NCBI GenBank assembly: GCA_017412115.1 | Contig: JAFPYR010000053.1 | Coordinates: 62,815-126,814 of the forward strand | Source: Bacteroidales bacterium | GTDB lineage: Bacteria > Bacteroidota > Bacteroidia > Bacteroidales > UBA3824 | Length of the DNA stretch: 64,000 bases | Direction: 5' to 3' | Shown: piece after piece, positions 10,901 to 19,362 of the stretch | Layout of the letters: every line of letters starts with the position of its first letter | How positions within the stretch are numbered: the stretch's first letter is position 1 | Position numbers and translations under genes: made by a program | The notes under the pieces: generated by a model | Seen by the model: the letters and a program-made list of their open reading frames with translations, nothing else | Databases searched by the model: none | Told to the model about the DNA's origin: nothing

Positions 10901-13182
10901 GAATCAATTCCTCCGCTTTCACCGAACTGCTTATAACAATAACTATAACTAAGCGTTCCGCCTTCAACGTCAATTTCAATACTGCCCGAACCATCACCGT
11001 AACACTTTACATCATTAGCAGCGACACTTTTGAGTTTCAACTCTTCCGGCTCTGTAATTTTAATTTGATAAGTTTTATCAGCCGGACATCCGTTATCATC
11101 TTTTAACGAAACAATATAATTACCGGCAGGCAAATCATCAATTGTACCAAGCTCATCGGAAAACGTTACCGTTTTTGAAAAATTATTATCATCCTCAACC
11201 GTAAAAGACCAAGGAGATTTACCGCCGGAATATGCTAAAATAATTTGACCGTTTTGATCACCGTAACATAAATTTAAAAGACTATTTGAAAGAGCACTTT
11301 GAAACAAAAGTTTTTCGTAAGCATCTGCCAATTCATAAACATCTTCAGTTGCAAATGAGCAGCCTTTTTCATCAACAACATAAGGTTGATAATTTCCGGA
11401 ATGTAAATTTGTAAAAATATTTTTAGTTTGAAATTCCGTCTCTTCCCCCTTAAAATTCAAAGAATATTTCAAAGCACCCGTACCGCCCGTTGCATTAATT
11501 GTCAGCGAACCTGTATTATCTCCGAAACAAGTACTGACATCTGAAATTTCTACATTTTTAATCTCCAAAGCCTCAGGCTCTGAAATCGTAACAGATTGAG
11601 AATAAACGGTTTTGCAACCGTATCCGTCAATAACATAAGGAGTATATTTTCCTGCTGCAAGAGCTGTTATTGTAGACTCCGTATAATTAGCCGGACCTTC
11701 TTTCGGGGCAAATCTAAAAGGTGCCGTACCGCCTTCAATATCAAATATCAAAGCACCCGTTTCATCTCCCGTACAACCCTCAACATCAACAGGAGTAATA
11801 TTTTCAATTACCAATTCTTCAGGCTCAGTAATTTCAACCTCCTCGGATAATTTACACCCGTTTGCATCTTTAACATAAACACTATATGTCCCCGCTCTAA
11901 GTTCAGTAAAATCTTTTGTCATTGTATAAGAAGTACTCTTATCGCCCTCAATTGAATATGAAAGAGGCTGTTTTTTAGCACTTGCATTAATGGTAATAGC
12001 TCCAGTCCTATCTCCGTAACATTTTGTAATATTAGTTACCTCAATATCGCTGATTTCAAAAAATACATCATCACCAACAACGACTTCATACTTTTGGGTT
12101 TGACAACCTTTTGAATTTTCAACAACAACCGCATACTCTCCGCCAGGTAAATCAACAAAAGTATTAGTAGTAACAAAAGTCCCGCCACCGTTTATAGAAT
12201 ATTTGTAAGGCGCGTTGTTTCCTGTGATTTCAGAGGGAGTAATGATAATTTTACCATTAACGTCCTGATAACATTTTATATCAGTAGTCTCAATCTCAAG
12301 TTCAATTTCGCTCGGTTGCGTAATAGTAACGGCATTTCCTTCAACATAAGCCGCACAACCCGACAACGCATCAACAACATAAGCATCATAACCTTGTGCA
12401 CTTAAATTCTCAAAAATATGACTATAAGTTGCTGTCCCGGGTGCGTATTCTTCTGTTCCTAAATAATATTCATAAATAGGACCTGCTCCGCTCGGTGTTA
12501 ATTTTACTTTACCGTCATCATAATCATAACAAGTTGCATTCGTGACTTCAGCCTCAACAACAAAATCCTGAATTTTAATATTATCAACGGCTATATTTGC
12601 GAAAGAACCGTTAGAAGCAAAATAACGGAAACTAATTTCAACAGAAGATTTTTTTGCAAATTCGTCAAGACAAATATTTACTTTTTGCCACTCAGAACTC
12701 GAAGAAGCATCACTCCTATACTTGGAAGCCATAGAATAATCCGGTTGATCTGAAGATTTTACCAACACTTCTAAATAAGCATAATCACCTCCAATAAAAA
12801 GAGTATGCATATAAAAACTCAAGATAGGATATGACAAATTGCTAAAATCAAAAGTCTTAGAAATATATGTTTCACCGCTTGAGGGTAAACCGTAAGGATT
12901 AGAACATTTATCAACATACACACACCAAGACCCATCTTGAGCAAACTCCGTTCCCGTTGCTTTAAATTCCAAATCCGTTCCCTCTCCTCCCATAGAGTAA
13001 AACTTAGGAGTCCCCACGACCCAATGCAATTTGCTCGCTGATACACCATCAACGACCCAGCCGTTCAATCCCCCTTCAAAACTCTCGCTATAAGGGAACG
13101 AAGCAACTTGTGAGACTGCACGTCCAGAGAATACCAATATCAGAAAAACGGTTAATATATGTTTTAATACAGTTAATTTCAT
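7978..13182 (-). CDS. Giant T9SS-secreted adhesin: N-terminal MAM/choice-of-anchor-like domain, about 14 SprB-type repeats, about 4 PKD domains, and a type-B (gliding-associated) C-terminal sorting domain
   Basis: Signal peptide. The repeated unit is C(Y/F)GDxxGxI...GGxxPYxYS...G(x)Y...D..GC. PKD WDFGDG motifs occur 4 times. The C-terminus contains FPTAFSPNGDGKNDVFMP. The ATG is at 13182; the track start at 13188 is TTG. Confidence 0.85.
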   Translation of the reverse strand: MKLTVLKHILTVFLILVFSGRAVSQVASFPYSESFEGGLNGWVVDGVSASKLHWVVGTPKFYSMGGEGTDLEFKATGTEFAQDGSWCVYVDKCSNPYGLPSSGETYISKTFDFSNLSYPILSFYMHTLFIGGDYAYLEVLVKSSDQPDYSMASKYRSDASSSSEWQKVNICLDEFAKKSSVEISFRYFASNGSFANIAVDNIKIQDFVVEAEVTNATCYDYDDGKVKLTPSGAGPIYEYYLGTEEYAPGTATYSHIFENLSAQGYDAYVVDALSGCAAYVEGNAVTITQPSEIELEIETTDIKCYQDVNGKIIITPSEITGNNAPYKYSINGGGTFVTTNTFVDLPGGEYAVVVENSKGCQTQKYEVVVGDDVFFEISDIEVTNITKCYGDRTGAITINASAKKQPLSYSIEGDKSTSYTMTKDFTELRAGTYSVYVKDANGCKLSEEVEITEPEELVIENITPVDVEGCTGDETGALIFDIEGGTAPFRFAPKEGPANYTESTITALAAGKYTPYVIDGYGCKTVYSQSVTISEPEALEIKNVEISDVSTCFGDNTGSLTINATGGTGALKYSLNFKGEETEFQTKNIFTNLHSGNYQPYVVDEKGCSFATEDVYELADAYEKLLFQSALSNSLLNLCYGDQNGQIILAYSGGKSPWSFTVEDDNNFSKTVTFSDELGTIDDLPAGNYIVSLKDDNGCPADKTYQIKITEPEELKLKSVAANDVKCYGDGSGSIEIDVEGGTLSYSYCYKQFGESGGIDSYLALGSSVISNLHKGKYLVAVKDKNNCVVYGNSEGYVIDEPEELEMFEPEVKDITTCYGATNGSMKIKVSGGVVPYKYTIGGDNDAIITTNETYALFENLPASTMYLPSVEDAHGCVVTMPLTVPLSQPTKVELNLKNYQEVRGCKGDNNGFIQLDASGGKGDYTYYLKSEPNLNGVSETNINNKTGLFDNLKAGTYTYLVTDKSGCSAGENLAAVKIIEPEEFVLEGVDVENVLCYGKHTGTAKIKVSGGQIIQASAKYKYFLDEKEDPSYNDFFEFMEPKHYTFRVVDHYNCTLTGEFDITQPAEYKITKFEKVDIVKCYGDHTGSIDIKAEGGTGTLKYYLGSIGSTEMQESETGFFDGLSAASYEAVVKDERGCTLVDDIRVDQPTQLSYLAEVTKEIPCHDEGSGELTITARGGTRPYKYSIDDGVNYNYETSEITGLEAGEYKIRVKDNNGCVRDYSVDLRIINPALLTVEAEVYDVICYEGNTGKIAASGSGGTSLLSYSLDGVVWQDRSGVFKNLSDGVYTVKVKDINGCTAETEPLTISRPENRAGFTVSQTSGCSPLKIVITQDYQGLANYEISNGDFIWDRRGPTEYTFENTSDETKKYKITSSLLFDNGIGCTDTASTYVTVFPQPQVDLRMPVDTITWPENTAYFKLMNKDLTSVHWDFGDGTTSEDIDISGHEYESCGNYNIIIDISNGICENKLEKRFVIEGRPLIAAFNSQNMEGCQPITVSLENVSLNSDSCKWDFGDGSAPVYNVAKLEHKYEAAGEFVVSLTIYGDCGVQAVTTKKVNVFVKPTADFEQNLDTLYAGQYLKVESLSGPDQSFHWDFGDGTFGEGRSVDHKYEFDGTFNISLTVLTANYCSDTTTVKNAITVISNPIVVFPTAFSPNGDGKNDVFMPIHGDIAKFKLVVLDSRGVIVFRTENINEGWDGTRNGRPCPPGMYVWKSTSTLRDKSFFQQKGHVFLIK
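9318..12558 (-). repeat. Tandem array of coding repeats (SprB-type, about 80 aa each) inside the adhesin gene
   Basis: Periodic CYGD/CYG...GG..PY.YS motifs. The boundaries are approximate. The array generates spurious antisense ORFs such as 9925..10380. Confidence 0.6.
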
Positions 13183-13347
13183 AATCAAATAAAAATTTAA
13201 GAAAAAAATTTCCCACGATGCAAATTTATAAAAAAGACGTGAATTTTGTATTTTTTGTTGTCAGAATTAACAGAAAAATCAAAAAAATTTTTATTCTTCG
13301 TTTTTTTTATTAACTTAGAGGCTCAAAAATTGAAAATTTAACCGTTT

Positions 13348-14265
13348 ATGTCATTATCAGTCAAAATATTAGGCTGCGGGTCAGCTCTTCCGACAACTGT
13401 AAGAAACGCCTCAGCCCAAATTTTAAAACACAACCAAAAACTATTTCTAATTGATTGCGGAGAGTCTACGCAAGTTTTAATGCGCAAATACGGAATACGT
13501 TTTTCCGCATTAAAACATATTTTTATCTCACACCTTCACGGGGATCATTTTTACGGGATTTTCGGGCTATTGTCATCGCTAAGTCTGATGGGCAACACGG
13601 GTGAATTGCATATTCACTGCCCTGAAAAACTAAAATACATGTTAGAATCAGAAAATTCACCTCTGGATACCACAGTTTTAGGTTATCAACTTTGTTTTGA
13701 CGCATTAAACCCCTCAGAGGTAAATCTTGCATACGAGGATCAAAAAATCGAAGTTTACTCCGTACCGTTAAAACACAGAATCCAAACATGGGGATTTATT
13801 TTCAAGGAAAAACCTGCTGAACTAAAAAACATCAGAAAAGAATGTATTGAAAAATATTCTTTATCGGTTTCGGAAATTGTCAGAATAAAAGAAGGCTGCG
13901 ACCTAAGATTAGAAGACGGCACGGTGATAGAAAACTCTGAATTAACTTTAGAGCCGCCGCCAACCAAAAGTTATGCTTACATTTCGGACACAATGCCCTC
14001 ACAAAGCGTTTGCAAAGCCGTTGAAGGCGTTGATGTGCTTTATCACGAGGCGACTTACGATGGCACATTAGCAGAAAGAGCCTCTCAAACGTTTCATTCT
14101 ACGAGTCTGCAAGCCGCCGATATTGCCAAAAACGCAAATGTCGGAAAACTTGTTTTAGGACATTTTTCAAGCCGTTACACCAGCACGGAACTACTTGAAA
14201 ACGAGGCTAAAACTATTTTTCCGAACACGATTTGCGCATACGACGGTTTGGAATTTGAAATCTAA
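13348..14265 (+). CDS. rnz: Ribonuclease Z (tRNA 3' endonuclease)
   Basis: 305 aa metallo-beta-lactamase fold with HLHGDH. The N-terminus ILGCGSALPT and the C-terminal GHFSSRY motif are typical of RNase Z. Confidence 0.9.
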   Translation: MSLSVKILGCGSALPTTVRNASAQILKHNQKLFLIDCGESTQVLMRKYGIRFSALKHIFISHLHGDHFYGIFGLLSSLSLMGNTGELHIHCPEKLKYMLESENSPLDTTVLGYQLCFDALNPSEVNLAYEDQKIEVYSVPLKHRIQTWGFIFKEKPAELKNIRKECIEKYSLSVSEIVRIKEGCDLRLEDGTVIENSELTLEPPPTKSYAYISDTMPSQSVCKAVEGVDVLYHEATYDGTLAERASQTFHSTSLQAADIAKNANVGKLVLGHFSSRYTSTELLENEAKTIFPNTICAYDGLEFEI

Positions 14266-14274
14266 AAAAAGACG

Positions 14275-16392
14275 TCAAAAATTACCGTCTTTTCTAAAAA
14301 GCAAATAATCCAAAATCATGTTTGTCTGCTTTAAGGTTTCCTCTGAAGAATCTTCGTTGTAATCAGCCTTGATTGCATCTTCAAGTTTTTCAACGGTATA
14401 ACCCTCAAAATTAAGGGCTTTGAGATAATTTTCGTATGCGGTTTCTTTGTCGCCCAATTTGCGCAAAGCATGACCTGCCAAAACAAAATCCTCAGCAAGA
14501 GAATCCTCTTTCGGGATTTTGTTACAATATTTCAAAGCCTGTTCGTATTTTTTCAACTGATAACAACACCAAGCAATAGGACGGAAAATCTTTTTGTTTT
14601 TAACGTCCAAATATTCGACCTTGAAATAATATTTTAACGCCTCTTGATAATTTTCCAATTCCAAAAGGCAGCGTCCGATTGATGTCGCAACTGACAAATT
14701 GTCAGAATCCTGAACCTCTGCCAATTTATAAAACTCCAACGCCTTTTCGGGATTGTCAAGTTTACGATAACAATAGGCAATCTTTTTAAGATTCCACAAC
14801 TGCGAATCGTTGAAAAGCTGCGCTTTGAGAAAACAATCCAAAGCTGACTGATAATCAGAGAGTTTCTGATAAGCATAACCCATTTTTTGGAAAAGTTCAA
14901 AATCGGGTTCTTCTTTGGAAACCGCTTGAAAAAACTCAACTGCCTGACGATAATACTCGTTAGCAAAAAAATACTCTCCGACAGTACGTTTGTCAGAAGC
15001 GGAAGAAAGCGTTGAATCAAAAAGTTTCGTGCCTATCGGTGAAAAATTCTTGTCAAAAATATCAGGAAAAATATTGCCCGTCCTATTGAGTTTGAAAAAA
15101 CGATAAATGTCCTGAATATATTGAGTCATAAGTTTATAACTATACTCCTTGTTATGAAGAAGTTTCATATCGTCGGTGATTTCACTCATCTGAGCAAGTT
15201 CGTTGCTAAAATAAGAATTAAGAGTGTTGCTCTGATCTTTTGGCATATTTGAAACGCTGAAAATCATCGAATATTTGTCAGAATTACAGAAAAAAGGAAC
15301 TTTTGCAAATTTCATGGCAAACTCCTTAAAATTGAACCCCGAATTTTCAGTTGCTTTTGCAACCTCTTTAACATATTGATTTTCAGGATAAAACGGCATA
15401 AACCAATTCTCAATACTGTCAAAAAACCTAAAATTTTTCAAAGCGGCAAACGTATTTATAAAAACGTCGCTACCTTCCATCTGAAGTTTTGAAATTTCTG
15501 ACATTTTGTCAAGCAGTTCGGGATTTTTCTGAAAATAATCACCCCAAGCCGGATTCGATTCGTCAAAATTTTCGATATTAAAAGCATCAGATTTCATTTT
15601 ATCCTTTATTCCGGGAACCATTTTGTTGATTTCCGGAATAATTTTATCATTAACGACTTTGGAAATTCTGTCGGTGTTAATAGCCTTAATCAACTGAATT
15701 ATAATCGTTTGATAACGCTCTTTAAAATTTGGGGAATCCGTAAGTTTCTTTAAAAGCTCAGGAATCTCGGGATAAAATTTCAAACGCTTATTGAAACGGT
15801 ACGAAATTATGACAATGCCTGCCAACGCCCTCTGCCAAACCTGCTGCTTGTTTTCCAAATAAAAATCCACAAGCATATTGAATTTTCTAAAATCAAAAAA
15901 CAACAGACAACTAAGCGTTAAAGCACTGATAATCATCGAAGTATAAACCCATGCAAGTTTTTTTTCGGTATCTTGGGCTTTAATCAAGTCCTCCGCCTGA
16001 GGCGATAATTCCTCATTATTAACCAAATACTTAAACCACTGCGATATTGAGGATTTCTCCGGTGGCTCTATAGGCATAGGAGAGGTTTTCAACGAAAAAA
16101 ATTCCGAAGAATAAAACTTTTTTAAAAGCGAATTTTTGAGATTGTCAGCACTTTTAAGAAGCGTTAATTGAAGATCATTAAAAATATTATCCCTGTTACT
16201 ATCCGAAATTCCTTGCACAGAATACTTCAACATCAAGCTGTAAGTCTCCTGAGCTGAATTCAGTGCAGGAAAAATACCTAACTGATTTTCAGTAGCTTGT
16301 CTTTTAATCAAAGACATGGCATTGTAAAGTTTGCCAGAATATGTAAATTTAACCGCTTGTCGGTGCAAAGCGTTAATTTGTTTTTTGTCCAT
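14275..16392 (-). CDS. TPR-repeat protein with an uncharacterised N-terminal region and internal TM helices
   Basis: The C-terminal ~220 aa show TPR periodicity (AxxxYxKAL-type helices). Two hydrophobic segments lie around aa 150-200. I recognise no catalytic motif. Confidence 0.55.
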   Translation of the reverse strand: MDKKQINALHRQAVKFTYSGKLYNAMSLIKRQATENQLGIFPALNSAQETYSLMLKYSVQGISDSNRDNIFNDLQLTLLKSADNLKNSLLKKFYSSEFFSLKTSPMPIEPPEKSSISQWFKYLVNNEELSPQAEDLIKAQDTEKKLAWVYTSMIISALTLSCLLFFDFRKFNMLVDFYLENKQQVWQRALAGIVIISYRFNKRLKFYPEIPELLKKLTDSPNFKERYQTIIIQLIKAINTDRISKVVNDKIIPEINKMVPGIKDKMKSDAFNIENFDESNPAWGDYFQKNPELLDKMSEISKLQMEGSDVFINTFAALKNFRFFDSIENWFMPFYPENQYVKEVAKATENSGFNFKEFAMKFAKVPFFCNSDKYSMIFSVSNMPKDQSNTLNSYFSNELAQMSEITDDMKLLHNKEYSYKLMTQYIQDIYRFFKLNRTGNIFPDIFDKNFSPIGTKLFDSTLSSASDKRTVGEYFFANEYYRQAVEFFQAVSKEEPDFELFQKMGYAYQKLSDYQSALDCFLKAQLFNDSQLWNLKKIAYCYRKLDNPEKALEFYKLAEVQDSDNLSVATSIGRCLLELENYQEALKYYFKVEYLDVKNKKIFRPIAWCCYQLKKYEQALKYCNKIPKEDSLAEDFVLAGHALRKLGDKETAYENYLKALNFEGYTVEKLEDAIKADYNEDSSEETLKQTNMILDYLLFRKDGNF

Positions 16393-16563
16393 TTTCTTCG
16401 TTAAAAAAAACTTGAAACATTAAAAAAGTGCGTAAATATAATAATTTATTTTCAATTTTAAGACCGTTATTTTAAAAACTGACAAATTGTCATGCAATTT
16501 TTTTCCATTTTTATTTTTTATCATAATACTTTTGTTTTAAATTTGCAAAAAATATTTTGAATT

Positions 16564-17376
16564 ATGTCGAATGAAACTCAAACAAGTAACACAACGGTTA
16601 CACAAAACACAAAGGAAAAATCAGGTTCTAAATTTTGGGCATGGCTTTTGGCTGCGCTGCTTATAGTCTTGGCTGCATTTTTTGTCTGGGACAAAATCCG
16701 CTCCAACAAAAAATACAAAAACCTTGAAACAGAACATCAGCAGACTGCGGAAGAATTTTTGAAATATAAAAGCGAAAACGAAAGCATGGAGGCCAATTAT
16801 TCCGACCTTCAAAGACGTTACGACGCCCTCAATTCGCAATTAGGCGGCACTCAAAGCGAAAATGTTTCGCTAAAAAAAATAGTTGCTGACCAAGATTCCG
16901 CATTAAAAGCGTTGAAAGCATTGAAATCGGACGTATCAAAAGCGTTGTCGAATTTTACCTCTGATGAACTCAAAATTCAAGAAAAAGACGGAAAACTTTA
17001 CGTTCTTTTGATGGACAAACTTTTGTTTAAATCAGGAAGCGCAGACATCGAGAAAAAAGGACGTACCGCAATTACCAAAATTGCTAAAGAATTGGCTAAA
17101 AATCCGGATTTCGGAATTTTGGTTGAGGGACACACTGACAATCAACCGATTAAAAATTCCGTTTTCAAAGATAACTGGGATTTGAGTACGGCTCGTGCTA
17201 CAACGGTAGTAAGATTTTTGAGCGAAAGCGGTCTTCCGCAAAAGCGTTTGACAGCTGCCGGAAGAGGTGAATATTCACCAATTGCATCAAACGGAACTGA
17301 TGCGGGCAGAGCTCAAAACCGTAGGACAGAAATCATTTTAACACCGAATTTCGTCCGCACGAACACCGCTAAATAA
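16564..17376 (+). CDS. OmpA/MotB-family protein (N-terminal TM, coiled coil, C-terminal peptidoglycan-binding domain)
   Basis: FKSGSADI...VEGHTDNQPI...NWDLSTARA...NRRTEIIL is the OmpA_C-like signature. Confidence 0.85.
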   Translation: MSNETQTSNTTVTQNTKEKSGSKFWAWLLAALLIVLAAFFVWDKIRSNKKYKNLETEHQQTAEEFLKYKSENESMEANYSDLQRRYDALNSQLGGTQSENVSLKKIVADQDSALKALKALKSDVSKALSNFTSDELKIQEKDGKLYVLLMDKLLFKSGSADIEKKGRTAITKIAKELAKNPDFGILVEGHTDNQPIKNSVFKDNWDLSTARATTVVRFLSESGLPQKRLTAAGRGEYSPIASNGTDAGRAQNRRTEIILTPNFVRTNTAK

Positions 17377-17419
17377 AAAGTTTTAAATTTTTCATAGTGC
17401 AATATTTTTTTTGTTTTTG

Positions 17420-17467
17420 CGCCCCGTAAATTTTTTTTCAAAGAAATTTGCGGGGTTGCTTTTTTTC
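17420..17467 (+). terminator. Rho-independent terminator after the OmpA/MotB gene
   Basis: Stem ccccgtaaattt / aaatttgcgggg (one G-U position) followed by a T7 run. Confidence 0.65.
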
Positions 17468-17508
17468 AACTGAGGTTAAACTTTTTTTTCAAAAAAAAAT
17501 ATATTGCA

Positions 17509-18135
17509 TCAGAAATTCCATTTATTGCCGCAAATATCGCATTTATAAGTTTTTGTGTGATTCTTAAAACCGAAAAATTCGGCGAGTTTTGTTCCGAATG
17601 TAGTATCAAAATTCTCAGAACCGCAATAAGGACATTTTATACTGAGATCATCTGGGTTTTCTTGTTCTAAATTTTCCTCTTTAATTTCAACCTTTGAGTC
17701 CTGATTTTGAAGTTTTTTTGCCGATAATAAAAGCTTCACCTGCTCGTCATCAACCGAAATTTTATATTGAAGCATTTCGTGCGGAATCTTAACGATGTCA
17801 AAATAATCTTTGCCACCGTCTTCAATGTCGCCGTCGTTGTGAGGATAATACCACTTAACGAAAACTTTGTGTCCGTTACGGTAAATATCTTCCAACTTTA
17901 AAAGTACTTCCATAAGATATTTTGAAGAGGCAGTGTTGTAATACAACATTTTGAACACAAAAACGGTTTCCTCCAACGGCGCTTCGGCATAAGAGGTCAA
18001 CCAATCTAAAATAGGATTATAAAAGTCCATGACGTTTTCCGGAATGGAACGTCCTGAAATTTCAAAAATATTGTTTTCTTTATCAAGTGTTACGGAAGGT
18101 GTATCGTCCGCACCTTCTAATTTAAAAACGTTCAT
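17509..18135 (-). CDS. DUF1987 (SiaC-like) domain protein with a C-terminal double zinc ribbon
   Basis: TPSVTLDKENNIFEISGRSIPENVMDFYNPILDWL...FVFKMLYYNTASSKYL matches the SiaC/DUF1987 pattern. The C-terminus has CPYCG...CDICG. The probable start is MNVFKLEG at 18135, with its own TAaaTTTG box upstream. Confidence 0.75.
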   Translation of the reverse strand: MNVFKLEGADDTPSVTLDKENNIFEISGRSIPENVMDFYNPILDWLTSYAEAPLEETVFVFKMLYYNTASSKYLMEVLLKLEDIYRNGHKVFVKWYYPHNDGDIEDGGKDYFDIVKIPHEMLQYKISVDDEQVKLLLSAKKLQNQDSKVEIKEENLEQENPDDLSIKCPYCGSENFDTTFGTKLAEFFGFKNHTKTYKCDICGNKWNF

Positions 18136-18226
18136 AATTAGATAACTTTTTTTCAAACTGCCAAGTAAATAATTTTCTTGCAAATTTACAAAGTTTTTTT
18201 AATATTTTTTTCAAAAAAAAATCCGA

Positions 18227-19273
18227 TTAACTCTCCAAATATTTATATTTGTTTTGACGGATTTTCCAACGCTCACGGGCATATTGCTGCATATCGGCAA
18301 CGGTATCTTTTTCGTCAAGAATTTCGATTCCGAGCAACGTTTCGATAATATCTTCAAGCGTTACGATGCCGTCCATACCGCCGTATTCATCAACAACCAA
18401 AGCGATTTGTTCTTTTTTTCTCAGCATATCCTCCCAAAGCGAAAAAACAGGTTTAGTATTCGGAACAATCAAAATATTTCGTCTTAAATCCTTTAATTTC
18501 AACGTATTATGATCCTCCGCAAGACTCTCCATAACTTGCTGACGAAAAACATATCCCGTAATGTTTTCATCTTTTTGGGCATAAACAGGAATCCTTGAAA
18601 ATCTTAAATAATTTTTTCCCGCCAAAAACTCTCCCAAAGTCATCTGCTCGTCGGCCGAACAAACCACGACTCTCGGTGTCATCACGTCAGAAACACGGTA
18701 ATTTTTCAATTTCATAAGATTCTGAATGATAGCGTTTTCGTTAGCTTTAAAAATGCCTTCCTCCGCTCCGATGTTAGCAAGTGCCGAAATTTCTTCCCTC
18801 GAAGTCGTATGTCCTGAATCCTTTTTCTTAAAAAGTCTTGTAAGTTGTTGTGCCATAACAACTAACGGATATGTCAAAACATAAATCACACTGATTAAAT
18901 GTCCGACCAAACCGGCAAGTTTTTCCCAATTGTTAGTGCCTAAAGTTTTGGGCATTATCTCCGAAAAAATCAAAATTAAAACCGTTAATAAAGCCGAAAC
19001 TACCCCTAAAGATTCCGAACCTAAAACCTCAGAGGCTTGTGCACCAACCATAGCCGCACCCGCCGTATTTGCAATTGTGTTTAAGGAAAGAATGGCAGAC
19101 AAAGATTTGTCTACATTATTTTTGAATTTGACAAGTTTTCTAACTCCTTTTTTGGAAGAATTTTCGTTAAGTTTTACAAAAATCGGGGTCGTACTAAGCA
19201 AAACGCTTTCCATCAAAGAACAAACAAACGATATAAAAAGCGTAAACGAAAAATATAAAACGAGAAGAGCCAT
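18227..19273 (-). CDS. CNNM/DUF21 + CBS pair + CorC_HlyC transporter-associated protein (HlyC/CorC family)
   Basis: An N-terminal multi-TM DUF21 region is followed by two CBS-like segments and a C-terminal EYGGMDGIVTLEDIIETLLG motif. The start is set at MALLVLYF (19273) because the longer track ORF reads through the heptad repeat. Confidence 0.85.
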   Translation of the reverse strand: MALLVLYFSFTLFISFVCSLMESVLLSTTPIFVKLNENSSKKGVRKLVKFKNNVDKSLSAILSLNTIANTAGAAMVGAQASEVLGSESLGVVSALLTVLILIFSEIMPKTLGTNNWEKLAGLVGHLISVIYVLTYPLVVMAQQLTRLFKKKDSGHTTSREEISALANIGAEEGIFKANENAIIQNLMKLKNYRVSDVMTPRVVVCSADEQMTLGEFLAGKNYLRFSRIPVYAQKDENITGYVFRQQVMESLAEDHNTLKLKDLRRNILIVPNTKPVFSLWEDMLRKKEQIALVVDEYGGMDGIVTLEDIIETLLGIEILDEKDTVADMQQYARERWKIRQNKYKYLES

Positions 19274-19285
19274 AACTTTTTTTAA

Positions 19286-19362
19286 ATTGACAATTGATAA
19301 TTGACAATTGACAATAAAAAAAGCATTGTCAATTGTCAATTGTTAATTGTCAATTATCAATT
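19286..19362. repeat. Inverted array of tandem heptads (AATTGAC/AATTGAT x4, a 9-nt A-rich spacer, then ATTGTCA/ATTGTTA/ATTATCA x5)
   Basis: Read directly: aattgacaattgataattgacaattgacaat-aaaaaaagc-attgtcaattgtcaattgttaattgtcaattatcaatt. The inner 17-18 nt of the arms are perfectly complementary. The array lies between the asd stop and the CNNM start. Confidence 0.85.

Noticed and set aside
19274-19339. N-terminal extension of the CNNM gene given in the ORF track ([22 protein letters not shown]…)
   Set aside because: The extension is simply the translation of the heptad inverted repeat. The hydrophobic DUF21 N-terminus begins at MALLVLYF (19273).
19286-19362. Possible CRISPR-like or other spaced-repeat array
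   Set aside because: The units are 7 nt and contiguous, with no spacers. No CRISPR repeat-spacer periodicity and no cas genes occur anywhere in the window.
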